A stretch of 64,000 nt of DNA from Acidobacteriota bacterium (GCA_011526565.1 WYBL01000086.1:22219-86218); one strand, 5' to 3'. Shown: positions 1-8,743, numbered from the stretch's first letter. The notes: generated from the sequence alone by a model not told the origin. A program made the numbers and translations.

Positions 1-146
1 CGGTGCCCGGCGGGCTCCGGCGGCTCGTAGGTGAGCGGCGGGAACGTGAGCGCGTCGGGGTGCTTGGGCAGCGCGGGGGCCTGGGCGAGTGCCGGCAGCG
101 CCAGCGCGGCGACGGCGGGGAGGAGGACGGCGAGCTTGCTGCGCAT
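1..146 (-). CDS. M16 family zinc peptidase, N-terminal fragment (gene continues beyond window start)
   Basis: Reverse-strand ATG at 146 then MRSKLAVLLPAVAALALPALAQAPALPKHPDALTFPPLTYEPPEPAGH: signal peptide followed by the typical N-terminus of the second subunit of tandem M16 peptidase pairs; starts 3 bp after the stop of the upstream M16 gene. Confidence 0.6.
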   Translation of the reverse strand, partial: MRSKLAVLLPAVAALALPALAQAPALPKHPDALTFPPLTYEPPEPAGH

Positions 147-148
147 GG

Positions 149-1906
149 CTACTTCTTCTCCCCCGAAGGCTCGAGCGCCTTCAGCCGCTCTTCGGTCTTC
201 GCGATCACGTACTCGAGCCCCGGCTTGATCTCCGCCGGCACCTGCGCCGCCATCGCCTGCATCCGGGCCAGCCCCTCCTGCAGCTTCGCGGGGTCGGTTT
301 CGGCTTCGATGCGGGCCAGGCTCTGCTTGACCATCGCCTTCGCCTGCGGCGGCAGGGCCGCCAGTGCCGGGTCTTCCGGGGCGGTCCCCTCCTTGCGCAG
401 GAACACCGCCACCGTGCGCTTCTCCGGCACCAGGTACTCGCGCGCGACGCGCTGGATGTCTTCCGCGGTGACCGCCTCCCAGGCGTCGGCCGAGGTGTTG
501 ATGTAGCGCCAGTCGCCGAGCCCCTCGTAGACGAGGAGCTGGATCGCGATGAAGAAGGGCGACGACAGCCGGCGGTAGGCGCCGGCCTTGGCCTGGTTCT
601 TCACCTTCTGCAGCTCCTCGGCCGCCACCGGCTCCTTCTGCAGCCGCTCGATCTCCTCGCCGAGCGCCTTCTCGACCGCGGCCGGGTCCTGGCCGTCCTT
701 GACCACGGCCTCGACCTGCACGAGTCCCGCGTGCTTCTTGAAGTCGGAGCTGGCGCGCGCCTCGTTGGCCAGCTTGCGGCCCTCGACGAGGCCCTTGTAG
801 AGCCGCCCGGTGCGGCCCGAGAACACGTCGGTCAGCAGGTCGAGCGCCGCGGCGTCGCGGTGCACGAACGGCACGCCGTGGAAGAGCAGGCGCACGGTCG
901 GCGAGGTCTCGGCGCTGGCCTGGTAGCGCTTCTCGCCGAGCTGCTTCGGCTCCAGCGTGACCACCGGCGGCGGCGCGACGGTGCCGCGGGCGAGGCGGCC
1001 GAAGTAGCGCTCGATCAGCGCCTTCGCCGCCGCCGGCTGGAAGTCGCCGACCAGCACGCCGGTCAGGTTGTTGGGCGCGTACCAGGTGGCGAAGTAGTCC
1101 TTCGCCTGCGCCAGCGTGTACTCGGGGATGTCCGAAGCCCAGCCGACCACCGGCCACTTGTACGGGTGCGCCTCCCAGAAGACCGAGTTGAGCGCCTCCT
1201 CGTACTTGCCGAGCGGGGTCGACTCGGTGCGCAGCCGGCGCTCCTCGAAGACGACGTCGCGCTCGGAATAGAACTCGCGGAACACCGGCTCGGCCAGGCG
1301 GTCGGACTCGAGCCACGCCCACAGCTCCAGCTTGTTCTTGGGGACGCGCACGAAGTAGATCGTCCAGTCCTCGCTGGTCGAGGCGTTGAGGCCCTCGCCG
1401 CCGTGCTTCGTGTACAGCTCGTCCATCGGGTCCTTCAGGATCAGCGCGCGCTGCTCCTGGACCAGCGCGTCGAAGCGCGCCTCGAGCTCCTTGTAGCGCG
1501 GGCTGCGGCTCTCCGGCGCAGCGAGGTCCGCGATCTCGCCGCGGCGCAGCCGCTCGCGCATCGCCTCGCGCTCGGCGCGCATCTCCGCCTGCACCTTTTC
1601 CTGCTCCTCGATCAGCTCGAGGTCGCGCGCGAGGTCCTTCGTGCCCAGCGTGCGGGTGCCCTTGAACATCATGTGCTCGAAGAAGTGGGAGATGCCGGTG
1701 ATGCCCGGCCGCTCGTTGACGGAGCCGACGCGGGCGACCCAGCCGGCGGCCACCGTCGGCGCGTCGGCGCGCGGGAACAGCAGCCACTTCATCCCGTTGT
1801 CGAGGGTGACCTCCTCGACCGCGATCTCGGGCTTGCCGGCGGCAGCGCCGGCGGGGAGGGCCGTGACGGCCAGGAGTGCGGCGAGGGCGGCGAATCGAAC
1901 GCGCAT
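149..1906 (-). CDS. M16 (insulinase/pitrilysin) family zinc peptidase, secreted
   Basis: 585-aa ORF, N-terminal signal peptide, inverted zinc motif HFFEHMMFKGT (HxxEH). Confidence 0.9.
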   Translation of the reverse strand: MRVRFAALAALLAVTALPAGAAAGKPEIAVEEVTLDNGMKWLLFPRADAPTVAAGWVARVGSVNERPGITGISHFFEHMMFKGTRTLGTKDLARDLELIEEQEKVQAEMRAEREAMRERLRRGEIADLAAPESRSPRYKELEARFDALVQEQRALILKDPMDELYTKHGGEGLNASTSEDWTIYFVRVPKNKLELWAWLESDRLAEPVFREFYSERDVVFEERRLRTESTPLGKYEEALNSVFWEAHPYKWPVVGWASDIPEYTLAQAKDYFATWYAPNNLTGVLVGDFQPAAAKALIERYFGRLARGTVAPPPVVTLEPKQLGEKRYQASAETSPTVRLLFHGVPFVHRDAAALDLLTDVFSGRTGRLYKGLVEGRKLANEARASSDFKKHAGLVQVEAVVKDGQDPAAVEKALGEEIERLQKEPVAAEELQKVKNQAKAGAYRRLSSPFFIAIQLLVYEGLGDWRYINTSADAWEAVTAEDIQRVAREYLVPEKRTVAVFLRKEGTAPEDPALAALPPQAKAMVKQSLARIEAETDPAKLQEGLARMQAMAAQVPAEIKPGLEYVIAKTEERLKALEPSGEKK

Positions 1907-1921
1907 GCGCGGTCCTTTCGG

Positions 1922-2680
1922 CTAGGAGTGGCCGACTCCCGTGGCCATTTCCAGGAGCAGCTTGGCGACGACGTAGAGCAGCACTCCCGCGAAGGGCATG
2001 AAGGAGAGGCCGTGGCCCCGGGTGTGGTTCACCTCGGGGATCAGGTCGGAGGCGGCGACGTAGAGGGTGACGCCGGTCGACAGCGGCAGCGCCCACACGA
2101 CGGCGTTGGGGAACCCGTTGAGGCCCAGGGCGCCCAGCATCGTGGCGGCGGCGAGCAGCCCGGCGCCGAGCAGCGCCAGCTTCGGGCCCTTGCCGGAGGC
2201 GAGAGCGATGGAGGCGACGGTGAAGCCCTCCGGGATTTTGTGCAGCGCGACGGCGAGGAAGATGAGCACGCCGAGCGGCACCGACACCAGCAGGCCCGAC
2301 GCGATCGAGACGCCGTCGAAGAAGGTGTGGATCGACAGGCCGACGAGCGCCGAGAAGCTGGCCGCCGGGTCCAGCATCGCCTCGTGGTGTGTTTCTTCGC
2401 CGAAGTGGAAGTGCGGGGCCAGGATGTGTTCGGCGAAATGCACGATGAAGTAGCCGACCAGGATCAGCTCGGGCGCGTGCGGGTTCAGCTCCAGCGAGTG
2501 CGGCAGCATCTCGACGATCGCGGCGGCCAGCATGAAGCCGGCGCCGAGACCGATGAAATGCTTGAGGACCCGGTCGTTCCAGTGCTTGCGCCACACCACG
2601 ACCAGGCCCCCGAAGAGGTTGGCCGCGGCGGCGGCGCCGCCGAGCAGCAGGCTCCATTCGAAGGGGGACAAGGTGGGCAT
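1922..2680 (-). CDS. ZIP family metal (zinc) transporter, ZupT-like
   Basis: 252 aa, multi-TM, His-rich HFAEHILAPHFHFGEETHHE loop and conserved ZIP helices (HKIPEGF); 15 bp upstream of the M16 gene on the same strand. Confidence 0.88.
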   Translation of the reverse strand: MPTLSPFEWSLLLGGAAAAANLFGGLVVVWRKHWNDRVLKHFIGLGAGFMLAAAIVEMLPHSLELNPHAPELILVGYFIVHFAEHILAPHFHFGEETHHEAMLDPAASFSALVGLSIHTFFDGVSIASGLLVSVPLGVLIFLAVALHKIPEGFTVASIALASGKGPKLALLGAGLLAAATMLGALGLNGFPNAVVWALPLSTGVTLYVAASDLIPEVNHTRGHGLSFMPFAGVLLYVVAKLLLEMATGVGHS

Positions 2681-2715
2681 CCGCGCGAGCGACTGACGCT
2701 ATCACGAACCGCGCG

Positions 2716-3297
2716 GTGCGGCCCGCGACCGGGCGGGCGGTTTCGCGCGAGGCGGCACCCCGGTCTACGCTCGCGCCCGTGCCGAGTTCCGAGGCCCAGG
2801 TCCTGCTGTGGATTCACGAGTGGCGCACGCCCTGGCTCGACGCGATCTTCGTCGCCTCCCACTTCGCCGGCCGCACGCCCGTGCAGTTGGGGGTGACCGG
2901 CCTGCTGCTCGCCTGGTTCGCGGCCCGCCGCGAGTGGTCGCGCGCCGGGGTGGTCGCCCTCCTCGGCTGGCTCGCGTTCCTGCTCGTCGACGGCGCCAAG
3001 GTGGCGATCGGCCGCCCGCGCCCGGAGCTGTGGCCGCGCCTCGTCGAGCAGGACGCCGCGTCGTTCCCGAGCGGCCACGCGGCGATCTCTGCGGCCCTCT
3101 ACACGCTGATCGCGGCGGAGATCGCCCGCCACCGCCCGCGCCACGCGCCCTGGCTCTACGCCCTGGCCGTCGCCGGCAGCCTGTGGCAGGGCCTGGGCCG
3201 CCTCTACCTCGGCGTCCACTGGCCGACGGACGTCCTCGCCGGCTGGGCGATCGGCGCCGCCCTCGCCTGGCTCGGCCTCCGCACCTGGCGCCGCTGA
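2716..3297 (+). CDS. PAP2-family phosphatase (phosphatidic acid phosphatase type 2 / undecaprenyl-PP phosphatase-like)
   Basis: PAP2 signature motifs KxxxxRPRP (KVAIGRPRP), PSGH and LGVHWPTD; membrane helices. Start uncertain (GTG 2716 or GTG 2779). Confidence 0.75.
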   Translation: MRPATGRAVSREAAPRSTLAPVPSSEAQVLLWIHEWRTPWLDAIFVASHFAGRTPVQLGVTGLLLAWFAARREWSRAGVVALLGWLAFLLVDGAKVAIGRPRPELWPRLVEQDAASFPSGHAAISAALYTLIAAEIARHRPRHAPWLYALAVAGSLWQGLGRLYLGVHWPTDVLAGWAIGAALAWLGLRTWRR

Positions 3298-3310
3298 GAC
3301 TGAGCGCGTT

Positions 3311-3511
3311 CTAGGGCTGGCGCCCCCGCTGCCCCGGCCCGCGGCGATCCCGAAGGGTGGCCTCCGCGTCGGCCAGGGCCTTGCGGACCATCTGCTGGGC
3401 CATGCGCTCGATCGGGTCGGCCGGTTCGGGCGGTGCCGGCGCCGCAGCCGCGAGTTCCCGGCGAAGCGCCTCGAGCGACCGGAACACCCGTGCCTTCGTT
3501 CGTTCGCTCAT
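3311..3511 (-). CDS. Small helical protein (66 aa), possible ribbon-helix-helix-like partner, translationally coupled to the upstream Ntn-hydrolase-like gene
   Basis: ATG at 3511 overlaps the stop of the upstream gene by 4 nt (ATGA); predicted beta-strand plus two helices (TKARVFRSLEALRREL ... PIERMAQQMVRKALADAEATLRDRR). Confidence 0.45.
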   Translation of the reverse strand: MSERTKARVFRSLEALRRELAAAAPAPPEPADPIERMAQQMVRKALADAEATLRDRRGPGQRGRQP

Positions 3512-5010
3512 TCCGAGTTCCCCTCGGCGACCGCACCCCCTCCGAAGTAGCGCTGCAGGAACTGGGGGTTGAGTTCGGCCTGGAAGTAGTGCTTTCGGCG
3601 CATCCAGATGAAGCCATCATGCTTGGAAATGACGGCCACGTCTATGGGGCCGCCCACCGTCTCCGGCCCGAGCGTGAAGCGGCGTTTCAGCGAAGTGAGC
3701 TGCACGAGCGCCTCCGCGAGCGCGGCCAGATCCTCCTTCCCGAGGTGCTGGACCGCCTCGATGACCGGGCCGATGCGAGCCTCGCGTCGGTGTTGATCCA
3801 TGGTGCGGTCGAGCGCGGCGAACATGCGCTCGCCGAGTGCCCGAACCTGGCCTCCAAGGTCCGCCACGGAACTCTCGCCGACCATCGCCTCGATCCGCCC
3901 CGGCAACTCCGTGACCAGAAGACGGCGCACCGTTTCCCGAAAGAGGTGCCGGGACTCCGGGTCCACTCCTTCCATGAACGTGGCCACCATGTCCCTCTGG
4001 GCGAAAGCCCGGACAGCAGCGCCCGCATCCAGGGTCAGGCGCGCAGGGGGCTCGCGGGCGATCTGTGGCCGCCCTTCGAGGCGCCCCCAGAGTCGGAGCG
4101 GGTGGAGCGCCGGCCGGTACTCGTCTCGACCGAAGCCCGCCACGACCAGCCCGGTGCTCGACGACAGCTCCTGGTCCTTCAGGCAGGAGAGCAGGCCCAG
4201 AGCCAGCGTCCGTTCCCGTTGCCCGGCGCTGATGCCGAGGTCCCCGAGCACGCGCTCGAAGGCCGTCTCCGCCAGCGGTCGCACCGAAGGATTCAACCGG
4301 GCCAGATCATCGGCCGCGAAACCGTCGAGGAACCCCTGGGCCGCCAGGTAGCTCTCACCCCGCTGGAGCACGTGGTCGAAGGCCACGGGGAGTTCGTCGA
4401 TCGACAGGCCAGAGGCTTCGATGGCCTGCCGGAGCTCCTGGGCCAGAGCGCGAAAGACGGCTTCCAGGGCGCTTGCGAGGAGCTGCGCTTCTTCCGACTC
4501 CGAGCAGAGCCTCTCGCCGGCGAGGAACTCGGCAAGAGCTTCGACGTATCCCTCGACCGTCGGGAAGGCCCGGGCCCCGAGCCGCACCCGGAACTGCTTG
4601 ATCACCGTCTCGGCCGGCAGTCCCGCGATCGAGGCGTTGCCGTAGACAATGATCCCGACCGGTTCGTGCTTCGAGAGCGCGAAGAGCTTGTTGACGGTGT
4701 TGTAGACCTTGCGCTGCGCGTCGGCGGGCGCCGTGATGGTCTCGATGGTGACCGCGCTGTCGGCGGCCAGAGCGACGGCTTGCGCGTTCAGGACGGCAAT
4801 CTCGGCAGTCAAGAACCCCTCCCCGCCGCGGGGAGGCGCGACCGGCCCCGATCCTCCGCCACCCGTCTGCCGCACCGGGACCGGCGCGGTATGCTCGGGT
4901 CGGCCTCGCAACTGTCGAGGCAGTTGTTGTTGCTGGGCCAGTCTCTTGGAGCAATCGGCACAGCCAAGCTCCTCACCGGTCACATGGACGGCCGCTTCCG
5001 GTACAACCAC
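3508..5010 (-). CDS. Divergent proteasome-beta/HslV-like Ntn-hydrolase-fold protein with large insertions (alternative TTG start at 4812 gives a 434-aa product beginning M-T-A-E-I-A-V)
   Basis: Motifs in order: TAEIAVLNAQAVALAADS (Thr1...Asp17-like), NKLFALSKHEPVGIIVYGNASIAG (Lys33-like and the GFAGxxADA-like strand), STGLVVAGFGRDEYRPALHPL, and C-terminal VGGPIDVAVISKHDGF (GGxIxVAVItkDG-like). TTG at 4812 is preceded by GGGGAGGGG; the ATG at 5010 would add a 66-aa low-complexity leader. Confidence 0.6.
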   Translation of the reverse strand: MVVPEAAVHVTGEELGCADCSKRLAQQQQLPRQLRGRPEHTAPVPVRQTGGGGSGPVAPPRGGEGFLTAEIAVLNAQAVALAADSAVTIETITAPADAQRKVYNTVNKLFALSKHEPVGIIVYGNASIAGLPAETVIKQFRVRLGARAFPTVEGYVEALAEFLAGERLCSESEEAQLLASALEAVFRALAQELRQAIEASGLSIDELPVAFDHVLQRGESYLAAQGFLDGFAADDLARLNPSVRPLAETAFERVLGDLGISAGQRERTLALGLLSCLKDQELSSSTGLVVAGFGRDEYRPALHPLRLWGRLEGRPQIAREPPARLTLDAGAAVRAFAQRDMVATFMEGVDPESRHLFRETVRRLLVTELPGRIEAMVGESSVADLGGQVRALGERMFAALDRTMDQHRREARIGPVIEAVQHLGKEDLAALAEALVQLTSLKRRFTLGPETVGGPIDVAVISKHDGFIWMRRKHYFQAELNPQFLQRYFGGGAVAEGNSE

Positions 5011-5284
5011 GTGGCTCCCGCAGGCATGCTCGGACTGGATACCGTGAATCAGCTCGACCCTCCGCGGCCTGGGAGAGGCCCTTGCCCGCGAAGCACTGCA
5101 GGAAGTCCACAGTGTTTTCCTCTCCGGTGAGCGCGAACCACTCGTGCCGTTCCATGGTCACCGGCCCTGAGCCAGCTTCCGCCACAGCCCCGTCGTCGTC
5201 TGGATCACCCGCACCAAGGTCTGGCGCGCCTCGATGGCCCGGTTCAAAGGCACCTCGCCATGAGCACCGGGAACGGTACGACCG

Positions 5285-5661
5285 CAGCGGTTCGTTGCCG
5301 TGGCCGTTTCGAGCTGTCGCTCCGCCGCCCACCGCGGAGCGCCGTGTCGAACCCTCGCGCCGGTAGGCGAAGCCCACGGCGCGCCACGTCGAGCTGGCGC
5401 TCCGTCACCCGAGCCGGCGGAGCGTCGGGTCGAACCCATCTGCGGAGCGTCGAGCTGATCTGCGAGGTGTCGATGCCGGCGAAGGGCACGGCCACGGTTC
5501 GACGCTGGTCTTAGCCCGCGTCAGCGGTGGCTCGACCCGGCGCACCGCCGGCCCAGGCGACGGTGCGTTCGTTCGACCCGGCGCGCGGCCGGCGCGGTCT
5601 CCCGCGCGCGGTTCGACTCGACACACCGCCGGAGTCCCGACGGTGTGCAGCTCGAGAACGG
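5285..5661 (+). repeat. Copy A of an about 350-bp GTCGAAC/GTTCGAC-rich repetitive element, directly abutting the 3' end of the Fic gene
   Basis: Near-identical over more than 240 bp to 6950-7190 (e.g. gggtcgaac..tctgcggagcgtcgagc..ggccacggttcgacgctgg..gtgcgttcgttcgacc..gcgcggttcga..cgagaacggc); multiple inverted heptamers. Confidence 0.8.
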
Positions 5662-6783
5662 CTAACCGGCCGCCGCGAACGGGTCGCCGACCAGCTTCTT
5701 TTCCGCGTATCGCTGTGCGAGTTCCCGCAACCCATCGGCAGCCACGTAGTGGCGCCCGCGCTTGTCGCCCACCGGCTGGAGATATCCCGCCTTCACGAGC
5801 GCGCGCAGGTCACGGCCCGCGGTGGCCTCGGTCACGTCAGCCGCGTTCCTGTACGTGGGATTCCGCACTCGGTAACCGATCGCAGCATCCGCGAGAGCCA
5901 GGACGCAACGATTCGGAAGGCCGCTCTGCTCGATGCGGCGCTCGAGTTCGTTGCAGATGTTTTCCATGGTGCGCTGCCGCCGCAGCAGGGTGTGCACCTG
6001 TCGATAGTGAGCCGTCAGGCAGAAACGGATCCACGGCCTGGCACTGTTCCCGGGGTTCCACGACCCCTGGCCGACTTCTGCCAACACACGGTAGTAGGCC
6101 TCGGTGTTTCGGCCCAGATATTCCTCGATGCTCGAGAAGACGGGCGGGATGTTCCCGCTTCGGGCCAGCACGAGCGTCTGAAGGCACCGGCCCATGCGCC
6201 CATTTCCGTCCGAGAACGGGTGGATCATCACGAGGTTCAGGTGAGCCATCGCGGCATCGACGAACGGTGAGTCCCCCGGCTCGGCCAGCGCGACCAACAG
6301 GGCCGAGATCAGGCTCGGGACAAGTTCGACAGGAGGGCCCTCGTAGACGCGCTCGCCGGTGCCGGACCTCTGCACGAAGATCGGCCCCGGGCGCCAGCGC
6401 CCGGGGTTCTTCGCCAGGTCATGGCCCGTCATCATGAAGTGGAGCGACTTCAGCAGCTCAGCCGAGTACTCGAAGTGGGCGTCGTCGGCCTTCTGAAGGA
6501 CCAGCGTCATCGCCTGGCGATACCCCGTGACCGCGGCCCAGGCTTCGTCCTTGGGCTCGAGCGGCTCCTCGCCCTCGACGGCCGCGACGGCATCGTCGAT
6601 CGTCACGTTGTAGCCTTCGATCGAGTTCGACCCCTGAACGGCTCGGGCAAAGGTGTTTCGCCTGAGCAGACCGCTCCAGCGCCGCGGCTGACTCAACGCG
6701 TACCGCAACTGGCTCCTGGCCTTGTCGATTTCGCCGATCACGGCCTGCTCGGCCTGGTCGGTCGGGGGTGCCTTGAAGATCAT
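5662..6783 (-). CDS. Fic family protein (class II Fic AMPylase with C-terminal winged-helix domain)
   Basis: Canonical Fic motif HPFSDGNGRMGR; N-terminal inhibitory motif SNSIEG ((S/T)xxxE(G/N)); 373 aa; C-terminal wHTH-like region. Confidence 0.9.
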   Translation of the reverse strand: MIFKAPPTDQAEQAVIGEIDKARSQLRYALSQPRRWSGLLRRNTFARAVQGSNSIEGYNVTIDDAVAAVEGEEPLEPKDEAWAAVTGYRQAMTLVLQKADDAHFEYSAELLKSLHFMMTGHDLAKNPGRWRPGPIFVQRSGTGERVYEGPPVELVPSLISALLVALAEPGDSPFVDAAMAHLNLVMIHPFSDGNGRMGRCLQTLVLARSGNIPPVFSSIEEYLGRNTEAYYRVLAEVGQGSWNPGNSARPWIRFCLTAHYRQVHTLLRRQRTMENICNELERRIEQSGLPNRCVLALADAAIGYRVRNPTYRNAADVTEATAGRDLRALVKAGYLQPVGDKRGRHYVAADGLRELAQRYAEKKLVGDPFAAAG

Positions 6784-6852
6784 GTCGGTTTGTCGGTTAC
6801 TTCATGCCCACGTGTCGGATAATAACAGGCATTCTGGACGACATTAACCGCG
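6784..6852 (-). promoter_or_regulatory. AT-rich putative promoter region of the Fic gene
   Basis: Local drop in GC (cggataataacaggcattctggacgacattaacc) immediately upstream of the Fic ATG; on the coding strand TTAATG-17nt-TATTAT lies about 45 nt upstream of the ATG. Confidence 0.3.
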
Positions 6853-6854
6853 AA

Positions 6855-7195
6855 TCGCGGACGTTGCCTTCGTTTCGAACCAGCGCTCCGCCGGCTGCCG
6901 GCGGAGCGTCGTGTCGAACCATCGCGCCACTCGGCGCAGCTCGTGGCGCGCCGGGTCGAACTCGTCTGCGGAGCGTCGAGCCGTCCTGCGGGGCGTCGAA
7001 GCCGGCGAACGACGCGGCCACGGTTCGACGCTGGTTGCGGCCCGGGTCAGTTGCAGCTCGACTCGGCGCACCGCTGGTTCCCGACGGTGCGTTCGTTCGA
7101 CCTGGGCGCGCGGCCGGCTACGGACACCCGCGCGCGGTTCGAGTCGGCACACCGTCGGGGTTGCAGCGGTGTGAAGGTTCGAGAACGGCCGCGTT
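6855..7195 (+). repeat. Copy B of the GTCGAAC/GTTCGAC-rich repetitive element (direct repeat of copy A)
   Basis: Same orientation and near-identical core as 5285-5661, ending ...ggttcgagaacggcc 22 bp before the FeS-gene start. Confidence 0.8.
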
Positions 7196-7216
7196 TGCTA
7201 GAGTACGCGCACCTTC

Positions 7217-8743
7217 ATGGCCACCGCTCCCCTCGAGCCCTCGCGCCCGGCGTCTGCCGCGCGGTGGGCGAAGCTGATCGACCACACCCGCTGCATCGGC
7301 TGCCACGCCTGTTCGACCGCGTGCAAGTCCGAGAACGAGGTGCCGCTGGGCGTGCAGCGCACGTACGTCAAGTACGTCGACGTCGGGCGCTTCCCGAACG
7401 CGCGGCGGGCCTTCCAGGTCACGCGGTGCAACCAGTGCGAAAACGCGCCCTGCACGATCGCCTGCCCGACGGCGGCGATGTACAAGCGCGGCGACGGCAT
7501 CGTCGACTTCGACAAGAACGCGTGCATCGGCTGCAAGGCGTGCATCGCCGCCTGCCCGTACGACGCGATCTTCATCAACCCCGACGACGGCGGCGCGGAG
7601 AAGTGCAACTTCTGTGCTCACCGCCTCGACGTCGGCCTCGAGCCCGCGTGCGTGACGGTGTGCCCGACCGAGGCGATCCTGGTCGGCGACCTCGACGACC
7701 CGCGCTCGCGGGTGGCGCGCGCCGTGGGCCGCGACGTCGTCCACGTCCGCAAGCCCGAGAAGAACACCCGGCCCAAGCTCTTCTACAAGGGCGCCCACGC
7801 GGCGACGCTCGACCCGCTGGCCGCGCGGCGGCCCGACGGCGGCCTGTTCCTGTGGAGCGAGCAGCGCGGCAACCACGTCGGTGGCGTCGGCTCCGGCGCC
7901 GCCGCGACGGTCAGCTCCGCCGCGGCGCTGCTCTCCTACGACGTGCCGCACCAGGCGCCGTGGGGCTGGCGCGTCAGCCTCTACACGTGGACCAAGGGCA
8001 TCGCCGCCGGCGCCTACCTCGCGGCGCTGGCCGCCGGCGCCCACGGCGCGCTGTGGGCGTGGGGCGTGCCGATCCTGGCCGGCTTCTTCCTGGCCCTCAC
8101 CGGCCTGCTGCTGATCGCCGACTTGAAGCGCCCCGAGCGCTTCTACCTGATCTTCACGCGCCCGCAGTGGAAGAGCTGGCTGACCCGCGGCGCGGTCGTG
8201 ATCACGCTCTACACCGGCCTCCTGGTCGCGCACTTCCTGGGCTCGGTGTTCGGCCTCGACCGGGCCCGCGACGCGCTCGTCCTGCCCGGCGCGCTGCTGG
8301 CCGCGGCGACCGCGGCCTACACCGCGTGGCTGTTCGCCCAGGCCCACGCCCGCGACCTGTGGCAGAGCCCGCTGCTGCTGCCGCAGCTCCTGGTCCAGGC
8401 GCTGCTCGTCGGCTCCGCCGCGCTGCTGCCGGTCGCCGCCTTCCTGCGCGACCGCGCCGAGCGCGACCTCGCGCTGCTGCTGGCGGTGGGCGCCGTCGCC
8501 CACCTCGTCTGCGTCGCCGGCGAGGTGCTGCTGCCGCACGCCACGGCCCACGCCCGCCAGGCCGTGGCCGAGATGACGCGCGGCCGCTACGCCGCGCTCT
8601 TCTGGGGCGGCCTCGTGCTGCAGGCCGCGGGCGTGTTCAGCGGCCCGCTCGGCGCGGTGCCCGCCGCGGTGCTGGTCCTCGCGGGCGTGCTGCTCTACGA
8701 GCACGCGTACGTCCAGTCCGCGCAATCGGTGCCGCTCGCCTGA
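7217..8743 (+). CDS. Fused 4Fe-4S ferredoxin-type (PsrB/DmsB-like) and NrfD/PsrC-like membrane anchor subunit of a molybdopterin oxidoreductase
   Basis: Four Cys clusters (CIGCHACSTAC, CNQCENAPCTIACP, CIGCKACIAACP, CNFC...CVTVCP) followed by about 8 TM helices of NrfD type; no twin-arginine signal. Confidence 0.85.
   Translation: MATAPLEPSRPASAARWAKLIDHTRCIGCHACSTACKSENEVPLGVQRTYVKYVDVGRFPNARRAFQVTRCNQCENAPCTIACPTAAMYKRGDGIVDFDKNACIGCKACIAACPYDAIFINPDDGGAEKCNFCAHRLDVGLEPACVTVCPTEAILVGDLDDPRSRVARAVGRDVVHVRKPEKNTRPKLFYKGAHAATLDPLAARRPDGGLFLWSEQRGNHVGGVGSGAAATVSSAAALLSYDVPHQAPWGWRVSLYTWTKGIAAGAYLAALAAGAHGALWAWGVPILAGFFLALTGLLLIADLKRPERFYLIFTRPQWKSWLTRGAVVITLYTGLLVAHFLGSVFGLDRARDALVLPGALLAAATAAYTAWLFAQAHARDLWQSPLLLPQLLVQALLVGSAALLPVAAFLRDRAERDLALLLAVGAVAHLVCVAGEVLLPHATAHARQAVAEMTRGRYAALFWGGLVLQAAGVFSGPLGAVPAAVLVLAGVLLYEHAYVQSAQSVPLA

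Noticed and set aside
4973-5163. 63-codon minus-strand ORF (MERHEWFALTGEENTVDFLQCFAGKG...) upstream of the Ntn-hydrolase-like gene
   Set aside because: It has no SD, its second half is Arg-rich junk, and it overlaps the alternative ATG-start extension of the neighbouring gene. It is kept only as a remote possibility.
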